Assembly (NCBI GenBank): GCA_963663165.1
Contig: OY760175.1
Coordinates: forward strand, 4,896,001-4,960,000
DNA length: 64,000 bases
Source of the DNA: an uncultured Desulfospira sp.
GTDB taxonomy: Bacteria; Desulfobacterota; Desulfobacteria; Desulfobacterales; Desulfobacteraceae
Direction: 5' to 3'
This document shows positions 9,992-17,977 of this stretch, one piece after another; the first letter of the stretch is position 1, and each line of letters opens with the position of its first letter. Both the position numbers and the translations under genes were made by a program. Below the pieces are notes generated by a model, which saw nothing but the letters and a program-made list of their open reading frames with translations, searched no databases and was not told where the DNA came from.

Positions 9992-11149
9992 ATGACTGCT
10001 CATCAAGGAATACCCCGGAGCGCTGTTATATCCATCAGCGACATGCTTGAACAATGCGCCGGGGTTAAAGCCGGGCAGGAAGTCTTGCTGTTGGCACAGC
10101 TTGATGGCCTGTATGGCGGGGACAACCTGGTGGATACAACGGCCATTTCATGGATACAGCAAGCTGTCCAGCACCGGGGGGCAAAGGCCTCAATACTGTG
10201 GATTGATGAACCGGCGCAGCCACATGCCTGGCGTGTGCCGCCTGTTGTCAAGGCAGCCCTGTCTGCCTGCGATGTGTTCATCAACACCTCATTTGATCTG
10301 GTTTTTGAAGAAATGGTGGAATTGAAACAGTTTTTATGGGAAAAGCAGATCATCATGGTGCGCAACTTCGCAACGACCGCACCGCTGCTTTGCAGCACAT
10401 GGGCACAAACCCCCTATGAACTGGTCAGTGAGATCAGATATCAGGCGGCTGTGCCGATCAAGGAAGGACTCCCCTGGCAGCTTTTCGATGCCAACGGCAC
10501 CCATCTTGAGGGAACGATAAGCCCCGCCTATCACAAGGATCACCCCTGGTTTAAAAAATATACCACCCGCCGGAGCGAAGCCGGTACCTATCGCCCGTGG
10601 CCCGAATGGGTCGTACCGCCGATCTATTTGGCAGACACGAACGGGGAATTCATTTTCGACATTATGCTGAGCTGGTGGGCCCGCTATATCGGCATCTCGC
10701 CCTATTTTGACAAACCGGTTCGGCTCACCATCGAAGACAACCGGATAAAAAAAGTTGAAGGTGGCAGCGAAGCCGAAGCCCTGCGCCGTTTCCTGGCCGC
10801 TATGAAAGACCGCGTCGGCGACGGTGTCTACAATTTCGACTGTCTGCATTTCGGCATCCATCCCCAGGCGGCCGTGTCTGAGGCCCAATGTCCCCACATT
10901 CTGTACCGGCGGCTGATTGAGCATTCTCACAGCTCGAACATCCACGTTCATATCGGCGCGCCGTCAGCCACCCCCGGCTATCCGTATTGGATGCATTGCA
11001 CCGGTGACATCAGAACGGCCACCTTTCAGATCGGAGATACGGTTATTCATGACCGCGGCCGCCTGATGGTGCTGGATCATCCCGAAATCCGCAAAATTGC
11101 CGAAAAGTATCCGGGAAGGCCGGGAGTTGGCGGGGTAATGGATGGTTAA
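9992..11149 (+). CDS. putative metalloenzyme, M29 aminopeptidase/NicX-like fold
   Basis: C-terminal pattern PVRLTIEDNRI...LHFGIHP...IHVHIG...MHCTGD...IHDRGRL; last gene of the TRAP operon. Confidence 0.55.
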   Translation: MTAHQGIPRSAVISISDMLEQCAGVKAGQEVLLLAQLDGLYGGDNLVDTTAISWIQQAVQHRGAKASILWIDEPAQPHAWRVPPVVKAALSACDVFINTSFDLVFEEMVELKQFLWEKQIIMVRNFATTAPLLCSTWAQTPYELVSEIRYQAAVPIKEGLPWQLFDANGTHLEGTISPAYHKDHPWFKKYTTRRSEAGTYRPWPEWVVPPIYLADTNGEFIFDIMLSWWARYIGISPYFDKPVRLTIEDNRIKKVEGGSEAEALRRFLAAMKDRVGDGVYNFDCLHFGIHPQAAVSEAQCPHILYRRLIEHSHSSNIHVHIGAPSATPGYPYWMHCTGDIRTATFQIGDTVIHDRGRLMVLDHPEIRKIAEKYPGRPGVGGVMDG

Positions 11150-11180
11150 GAAATGATCCCGGGATAACGTGTCCGATTTT

Positions 11181-11206
11181 CCCCCTCTCCGGTCGTGGAG
11201 AGGGGG
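11181..11206. terminator. putative bidirectional terminator hairpin
   Basis: CCCCCTCTCC-ggtcgt-GGAGAGGGGG between convergent genes. Confidence 0.55.
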
Positions 11207-11252
11207 GCTTCCGGGTTATAAAACTGACAGAAGAATTCGGTTTTTTACACGG

Positions 11253-12179
11253 TCATGTCGCGCCGGCCTCTTCGGCAAATCCCGTGTAAATGAATTTTTC
11301 CAGGTCTATTTTTTCGTAAATATTGCCCATTACATTGACGATGTAGTTTTGAATTTTTTCAAAATCATCAATGCTGGGCATGAGGCTGTCCGTTGTGATG
11401 CGATCTGCCGGCGAAGTTAAAATTTTCTCGACAACATTGATGTCCTGATTCAGGAAAAATACCCCGATTTTGGCGGCTTCACTGGTATTTTCCGTGATAA
11501 ATTTACCGGATTTGACAAGGCTGTTGGTAAATTCCTGAACCGCATTGGGAAAATACCGGATAATTTCGGTTTTGACCACCAGAACGCAGCAGGGGTGTCC
11601 CGGCCAGATGTTTTTGGACAATTCAAATTCGTCGCCTAACCCGGCCTTGATGACATTGGAGCCAAAGGGCTCGGCCACCAGAAATCCGCCAATGGTCCCT
11701 TTATCGTCAATTTCCACATAAGTGGGCATCTTGGACGGCGGCACCGTCTGCACCTCAACATCCTTGCCGATCCCTATTTCAAGGCCGTTATCGGCCAACA
11801 GTTTGTGCAGCAGCATGTTATGGGTGGACAAATGGAAGGGGATTAAAATATCTTTGCCCTTTAAGTCGCTGATCCGTTGTATGTTGGCGCTTTTGTTGGT
11901 GATCAGCACGCTTCCGTTTCGATGGCCCAAAAGGACCAGCCGGATGTCCTCTCCTTTTCTGAAGTGGTCCATGGACAGCGGTGCCAGCATAAATGCCGCA
12001 TTGATTTCCCCCCTTGAAAAGGCGTAGCTTAAAGTCTGCCAGTCGATGAACGGGCGGGGCTGAAGGTTGACGTATTTAAACTGTTCTTCTTTTCTGAGGA
12101 CCTTTCTTTCGGTTACGCCGAGAATAAGATGGTCTGCGATGTTTAAATAGCCGACCTTGATGGTGGGTTTGTTGTTCAT
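11253..12179 (-). CDS. NrtA/CmpA-family ABC-type binding protein without signal peptide
   Basis: IKVGYL..DH, AFMLAPL, HRNGS, STHNMLL, VAEPF, HPCCV motifs; no permease next to it. Confidence 0.8.
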   Translation of the reverse strand: MNNKPTIKVGYLNIADHLILGVTERKVLRKEEQFKYVNLQPRPFIDWQTLSYAFSRGEINAAFMLAPLSMDHFRKGEDIRLVLLGHRNGSVLITNKSANIQRISDLKGKDILIPFHLSTHNMLLHKLLADNGLEIGIGKDVEVQTVPPSKMPTYVEIDDKGTIGGFLVAEPFGSNVIKAGLGDEFELSKNIWPGHPCCVLVVKTEIIRYFPNAVQEFTNSLVKSGKFITENTSEAAKIGVFFLNQDINVVEKILTSPADRITTDSLMPSIDDFEKIQNYIVNVMGNIYEKIDLEKFIYTGFAEEAGAT

Positions 12180-12369
12180 TTTACCTCCGGGATAATGAAA
12201 AGGAAGTCCATATCTTCGCTTTCACAACAATTCAGGGGTGACAACCCAAGAATTAAATCGTATTAACAAGGTTTAATTGTTCATTCAGGGAGCCGTTAAA
12301 AATCGTATTTGAAAAGATTATGAAGAGTTTACACCAACAAACCGAATATTACAAATATCTTTGTTCAGA

Positions 12370-12446
12370 AAAAATTTTGATCAAATGATCAAAATTTTTC
12401 TTGACAGAGGGTTTGTCTGGCTTTATATTTTGGTCAAATGATCATA
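12370..12446 (+). promoter_or_regulatory. sigma70 promoter bracketed by two palindromic operators
   Basis: TTGACA 12401-12406, 17 bp, TATATT 12424-12429; AAAAATTTTGATCA-AA-TGATCAAAATTTTT at 12370-12399 and TGGTCA-AA-TGATCA at 12431-12444. Confidence 0.75.
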
Positions 12447-12459
12447 ACAAGGAGAGCCA

Positions 12460-12813
12460 ATGCCCAGACCCAAGCGCCCCCGATGCATCGCATCCAGACC
12501 AGCGATTAAAGGGTTTAAGCCCAGGGGAGCCATAGAAACCGGAGAGGTTGTCCTCTCATTAGAAGAATTTGAAGCCCTCAGGCTCATTGATTATGAGGGG
12601 CTGGACCAGTCAGGGGCAGCCGAAGTGATGGATGTGTCCCGGCAGACCGTGGGCCGGATACTGAAAACCGCCCGCTTCAAAATTGCAGAGTCCCTGGTGA
12701 CGGCCAAACGGCTTACGGTCCAGGGCGGCTGTTATGAAATGCGGGGCCGGGGACGAGGCAGGGGCAGGGGCTGTCGGCATGGCCGGGGCAACGGCCATGA
12801 TCAGAACAGATGA
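12460..12813 (+). CDS. DUF134 (UPF0251) DNA-binding protein
   Basis: MPRPK..R, FKPRG, EEFEALRLID, A..MDVSRQT..RIL; Gly/Arg tail. Confidence 0.9.
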   Translation: MPRPKRPRCIASRPAIKGFKPRGAIETGEVVLSLEEFEALRLIDYEGLDQSGAAEVMDVSRQTVGRILKTARFKIAESLVTAKRLTVQGGCYEMRGRGRGRGRGCRHGRGNGHDQNR

Positions 12814-12863
12814 GCTTATCCTTAAATTTATAAACCCAAAGGACGTTAAAGGAGGTGATAGCC

Positions 12864-13037
12864 ATGAGAAAAGGACAAGATAAGGCTGGCAGCCGGTTTA
12901 ACGGCCGGAACAGCAACTCAAACCAGGGCCAGGGCAGATGCCGGGGCGGCGGTCCCGGAAGATGCGGTGCCGGAACAGGCCAGGGCAAAGGCCGGTGCGG
13001 CAAGGGCCAGGGCCAGGGCCGCGGCCAAGGCAGATAA
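12864..13037 (+). CDS. small Gly/Arg/Cys-rich protein
   Basis: GGAGG RBS; three GRC repeats; operon position. Confidence 0.55.
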   Translation: MRKGQDKAGSRFNGRNSNSNQGQGRCRGGGPGRCGAGTGQGKGRCGKGQGQGRGQGR

Positions 13038-13137
13038 CCATAAAAACCAGAGGCTGAAGGCGCCTGGTTGAAAGATAATAAATATCGTTATTCCAGACAC
13101 CTTCAGCCAAGCATACATAATGCAAAGGAGAATTCAC

Positions 13138-13440
13138 ATGCCAGGATTAAACCAGAGAGGCCCGGAAAACATGGGGCCCATGACAGGAAGAAGAATGGGA
13201 AGATGCGTAACCGGTTCTCCCCAGGATCCGGCCGTTTATTCCGGCCAGGGATTTGGCTACGGACGGGGCCGGGGATGCGGCCGGGGATTCGGTCCCCGGG
13301 GCAGAGGGGCTGCCTTCTGGGGGGCGCCGGCAGGACCGGTAGCGCCGCAGACAAAAGAAGACCTGAATCTGAGGGCAAAGGCCCTGGAACAGGAACTTGA
13401 GGCCGTGAAAAACGAATTGAAAAATTTAAGTGGCGAATAA
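13138..13440 (+). CDS. DUF5320 family protein
   Basis: MPG...GP...GPMTGRRMGRC, Gly/Arg-rich core, C-terminal coiled coil. Confidence 0.85.
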   Translation: MPGLNQRGPENMGPMTGRRMGRCVTGSPQDPAVYSGQGFGYGRGRGCGRGFGPRGRGAAFWGAPAGPVAPQTKEDLNLRAKALEQELEAVKNELKNLSGE

Positions 13441-13615
13441 CGGTCCCGGACCGTCTTGGATTATCCAGCTAAGTCTCGGTCCACAATGAAAAATGAAAGT
13501 TTTTTCAGGTTGTTTGAGACTTTCATAAAACCGCCCCTTAAAGGGAAACGACCGGTCTTGCAGCACACAAGGCCGGCCGATTCCCTTTGCCGGGAAAAAT
13601 TACGGGAGATGAGAT

Positions 13616-14002
13616 ATGACAAAAGAATACAGCCTTACGGAAAGCCTTGAAGACTGCCTTGAAACCATATTGGAACTGCAGACCATGAATACGGTTGCCC
13701 GCTCAAAAGATATTGCCGCTAAACTGGACATTAAATGCGGTTCTGTCACCGGTACCCTTAAGAAGCTGGCCGACCGGGAACTGATCAATTATAAACCGTA
13801 CGGATACATCACCCTGACCCCTAAAGGCGACAAAATCGCCAAAGAGGTCACCACCCGCCATAATGTGTGCCGGCATTTTTTATTCAAATATCTTAATCTT
13901 GATGAACACGTTGCAGAGAAGACCGCATGCCGCATGGAACATGCCATGGACCAGGCGGCTTTTATGAAGTTCAAAGCGTTTGTTACCCGACTGGATGCCT
14001 GA
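13616..14002 (+). CDS. DtxR/MntR-family metal-dependent repressor
   Basis: SLEDCLETI, SVTGTLKKL, LTPKG, RH, ACRMEH. Confidence 0.9.
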   Translation: MTKEYSLTESLEDCLETILELQTMNTVARSKDIAAKLDIKCGSVTGTLKKLADRELINYKPYGYITLTPKGDKIAKEVTTRHNVCRHFLFKYLNLDEHVAEKTACRMEHAMDQAAFMKFKAFVTRLDA

Positions 14003-14634
14003 AAATCCGGATGGGCACATTTTTATGCCGTTGTCCATTCCCCTCTGTGTATTTGGGGAAAATTCCCGGCAATGGGACCATCCGTTGGGTTAAAATTTTT
14101 TTGCAGTAAAAAATTGAAGGAGATTGGTAAGATGCCAGTCTCCAACAATAGAACCGACTATTTTTATTCGGTGTTTATGGAAAAGAGAATTTTTTCACAG
14201 GCAGATTGTGGGCGCAGTGATCCGAATAAAATATTTGGTGCTGGTGTTGATTTTTAAGGGTTTGATGGTCAAAACTACTAATGATAGCCTGGAGATTGAA
14301 CTTCATATTTGGAGGATTTTGTTATTCGAAATAATCCTCAGTGAGAAATTTGAAATGATATCCCCACAATGCGTCTGATATTCAGCGCTGTTTTCGAAAA
14401 AACCTGGGCGGCAGCGAATAGGCATAGTCAGCACTATAGCATTTAACATCTACGGTTCATTTGTAGCCTGTTTCTTGTATTTTCTTAAAAGGTCTATTTC
14501 GGCACCAAAATGGGGCCGCTAAGAGCGGTCTCTGCAAGCTATAGCGGATTTTAATATTTAAAAACAACTGGTTGCAAGGATTTGCCTGGTCCAATTCCAT
14601 AGGCGGAATATCGGGTCGGACCAAGCTATATCCT

Positions 14635-15432
14635 TTATTCATAGGCATCTTGCTGCCAAATCACGGTGTTATTAGGGGCTATATTGCTGTTTTTGCCCTC
14701 AAAAAGAGGATTATAGGATTGTATTTCCTCTCGGATCTGTAATGTTTGCCCCTTTTCGATAATTTTACGACCTTTTGCCCTCAAACCCAATTGAGACAGA
14801 ATATCATTTATGAAATTGTTACTACCAACTGCCAGGCTTTCGGTCCATCTTTCCTTTCTCTTGATAATATCAGCTTTTAATGCACTATCAATCCAATTCC
14901 TGTGAGCTGTTTGAAAAGCATTAAAAGTATCAAAACCTGCTAAGGTTCTGACCTTTTCATAATCAATCAACACATTTTTTCGTCGTGGGTTTTGTACTTC
15001 ATTATAACCGCTCCAATGCCATTGGGACGGATGGTCTATAATTCCTGTCCTCACCATGTTCAAATCGATATAGGCAATGCATTTCCGGAGATGCTCGCCT
15101 GTTTCAACGGCCGTTGCATGATACCGGTCCTGCCGGAAAGCACCTTTCCTCTTCTTTCTGATATTATACTCTTGTCCAATCCTTCCAGCTAATAATTGAA
15201 CAGACTTTGGAATTACATCAGCGCTACCATTATCATATACCAATAGGTGTGTGTGGTTGGATGTTACAATATAATCAAGGACGACAAGGTGATATCTTTT
15301 CTTGGCCTGATAAAGCCACTGCATCCATCGGTGTCGATCCTTAGCGAATTTGAATAGAAATTCCATTTTATGACAACGATGGGTTAAGTGCCAGATGTGT
15401 CCTGGAATATAATGTCTATTCGCTCTTGCCAT
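14635..15432 (-). CDS. rayT: REP-associated tyrosine transposase (RAYT, Y1 HUH), copy 1
   Basis: MARANR..WHLTHRC, SNHTHLL (HUH), YIDLNMVR, WHWSGY; usual FWxxRY reads FRQDRY; inverted flanks TCGGGTCGGACCAAGCT (14611) and GCTCGGTCCCGACCCG (15531). Confidence 0.85.
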   Translation of the reverse strand: MARANRHYIPGHIWHLTHRCHKMEFLFKFAKDRHRWMQWLYQAKKRYHLVVLDYIVTSNHTHLLVYDNGSADVIPKSVQLLAGRIGQEYNIRKKRKGAFRQDRYHATAVETGEHLRKCIAYIDLNMVRTGIIDHPSQWHWSGYNEVQNPRRKNVLIDYEKVRTLAGFDTFNAFQTAHRNWIDSALKADIIKRKERWTESLAVGSNNFINDILSQLGLRAKGRKIIEKGQTLQIREEIQSYNPLFEGKNSNIAPNNTVIWQQDAYE

Positions 15433-16016
15433 TTTTATTCCTATATTGCTCTTTTGGGCCCCCAAAAATCAATTATAGACCCGTTTTAGAGGGTATTTAT
15501 TAAGCTATTTCCTTAATTGACAGCCTTCTTGCTCGGTCCCGACCCGCTTTGCATTTTTCCTTAAATCAGGAATTAATTTACCCAAATATTGGGGTTAACT
15601 TTCGGGCTATCCTTTGTTTTTGAGTGGTTTATAGCTGTTTTTAAACTATTTCTGTCTCATTGTATTTGTTTGTATTTCCTTTGATTTTAATAGATTACAA
15701 AATCTTAACGGTTTTTAACAGTGGTTTTTTCCCCAAAATGGGCGGATTGTGATTTATAAGACTTTGAATTGCCCATAATCTGAACCGCATATGTTGACGG
15801 CAGTGCAGCAGGGGCCAAAGCCGGTGCCTCATAGGACAAAGCTTATACGGATTTGCAGACCGTCATGTATAATAAGGAGAACCCATCATGAAAAAACCCT
15901 GGCCGTTTTTATTGCCCTATGGCTGGTGTTGCTCACTTTCGGGGCTGCGCCCCCCTGCCTTGCCAGCAACGTGACGATAACCAAATTAGTGGGTAATCCC
16001 CCACTATCGAATAATA

Positions 16017-17448
16017 CTGATTATATCGGATTTTGGGGAGGGCTTCGGTACCCACCCAAAGAAGCCGAAATGTAAAGGTTATGCAACCAGTTGTCGTGAT
16101 ATCTAAATTGATTCAGCCTTTCAGCTGGGCTTTTGAATCCGTTATGCCTTTTGACGGTTTCCGGGTTGTAAGGAGCAAAATTATGAATGAGTGTCCATCC
16201 TCGAATGCTCAGTTGCGCTGCATCCATTACTCCATGAAAATATTGAGTGCTGAACAGATGGCGATCCATTCTTTGCATCAATCTGTCAACCATGTTGCTC
16301 GTTCTGTGTGCCTTGGGATGATCATAGGCGTTTCTGTATGAAACAATATTTTTCCGTAATTTGTTTATGGGGTCTGATATAACATTCGGAGCATCTTGCT
16401 TTTTGCACCATTCGATCAACCTCCTGATTCGCTGTGAAAATGATATTTTGCTTTCAGCCCGATAACAATCCCATAGTTTTGATGCTGTTTCATCAAAAAT
16501 GTCTCTGTATTTCTTCTTTGCCCTATCACGAATTTTTATGAATACATGCAAAAAACAACAAACGATGGCTACCGATGGAAAAAGGCTTTTCCATGCCTGC
16601 CGGGTAGCTTTCCATCCGTCTATATTGACGGTCTCCGGAGAATATTCAGGCCGAAGGCATTGGGCTTCATCCCGGTAAAATTGATAAGCTCCAGTCAAGG
16701 CTTGTTTTCCAGCATTTTGAGCAACAGACGCTCCAAGAATGCAGCCATTTCCAACAGTTGTTGCCACATAAGTTTTTTCTCCCAGAATCCGGGTATGCTT
16801 CTCATCCGCCGCAAGATGTTGCGGGATGTCTTCCGGTTGTCGGATGGTTGTTCCAACGATACTATTGCGACCAAGTGACTGCTCAATCCGGTACCAATAC
16901 ATTGGATCCTTACCGAAAATGTGGCTCAGTGCCCAGAAGGGCACATTAAATTTTCGCATAAAAAGAGCTTTTTCAACCTCATCGACCAAGCCGGTGAGAT
17001 AGGGTGTCACAAAGGAAGGGCGGACTGTGTAAGCAATGCCGGACATCTCGATTCGCCGAATAGGGATCAACATTTTTTTTGAGTGATAGATATCTTTCAT
17101 TCGATATCCTTCTCTGGAAATTTCAGCTGGAAATAGTTCCGGGAAAAGCTCAATCCTTTCATTGAGACAGTTCCGAAATTTGTCAGGATTTTGAATGTTG
17201 TCATTATAATCATCTTGAGAAAAAGGCACACATATGGTTCTATGGTTTCGGATTGCGGATTCTGTATCTGTTTCCCACATATAGTTAGAGACCTCCTTGG
17301 CGGGTTTGGTCTCTAACTATATGAAATTATTGACAAAAAGTCTAGTCGGAATTCCCTTTGATTTCAATGGGTTACGAAAAAGTTTTTTACCCCCTTCCAA
17401 TGATTAGAGCGGTTTTGGCCTCTGTTCCCCTAAATCCGTTATAATCAG
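16017..17448 (-). mobile_element. unclassified DDE insertion sequence, 1432 bp
   Basis: IRs CTGATTATATCGGATTT / CTGATTATAACGGATTT; 8-bp TSD GAATAATA. Confidence 0.9.
16021..17280 (-). CDS. DDE transposase (IS6/IS256-like, unclassified)
   Basis: ADEKH, NIDGW, CFLH, TSNMVDR; fills the IS. Confidence 0.8.
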   Translation of the reverse strand: MWETDTESAIRNHRTICVPFSQDDYNDNIQNPDKFRNCLNERIELFPELFPAEISREGYRMKDIYHSKKMLIPIRRIEMSGIAYTVRPSFVTPYLTGLVDEVEKALFMRKFNVPFWALSHIFGKDPMYWYRIEQSLGRNSIVGTTIRQPEDIPQHLAADEKHTRILGEKTYVATTVGNGCILGASVAQNAGKQALTGAYQFYRDEAQCLRPEYSPETVNIDGWKATRQAWKSLFPSVAIVCCFLHVFIKIRDRAKKKYRDIFDETASKLWDCYRAESKISFSQRIRRLIEWCKKQDAPNVISDPINKLRKNIVSYRNAYDHPKAHRTSNMVDRLMQRMDRHLFSTQYFHGVMDAAQLSIRGWTLIHNFAPYNPETVKRHNGFKSPAERLNQFRYHDNWLHNLYISASLGGYRSPPQNPI

Positions 17449-17977
17449 GAATAATAAGATAGCCATTTCCGTCTCCATTGATCCTTGTGATACCCTCCTA
17501 TATGCATACAATTATTATTATGTCGATAAGGTCGAGGGCAAAGAAGTGTTACTTTATGAAAGCGCTATTGAATGCAAAGATCACGAATTGTCAATCAGCT
17601 TGCCCGAAAACTTTTTGCTGGGCAACCCTGTATACCTTAAGGTGGTTGTTCGGTCGGAATTTTCAGAGCTTGGCTCCGCGCAAATTGATCTCAGGGAGTG
17701 TGAACTTGCTGGTGAGTGGGTTAACGCCACGCTTTCCTATAACCCCCATGTCCTAGCGGACACAACGAAGCATGAAACACTTGCAAATTTTGAAAAAAGG
17801 TCATAGCCCGGATGGCCACCCAAAATCCCCCACTTATGGCCACCTCAAAATCCCCCACCTGAGCGTTTAAAAAATCAGGCGTAATCGCTGATAATCAGGA
17901 AATTCAGGAAAAACGGCGACAGAACGTTTAAATTCCCATGTATTACCCGATCAATCTAATCATGGGAGTTGGAAAGG

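Larger units (their letters stand above)
15888..17806 (+). pseudogene. secreted protein gene, frameshifted and IS-interrupted
   Basis: AAGGAG RBS, MKK then (1-nt shift in A6) TLAVFIALW... signal peptide; frame resumes NNKIAISVSIDPC after removing IS 16017-17448. Confidence 0.6.

Noticed and set aside
14072..14648. Short ORFs between dtxR and rayT
   Set aside because: No recognisable motif or consistent frame
17712..17775. Half attC (…GTCCGCTAGGACATGGGGGTTATAG, minus strand)
   Set aside because: No partner arm; lies within an open reading frame
17807..17872. CRISPR-like or iteron repeats
   Set aside because: They are IS21 terminal repeats mirrored at 21487-21538
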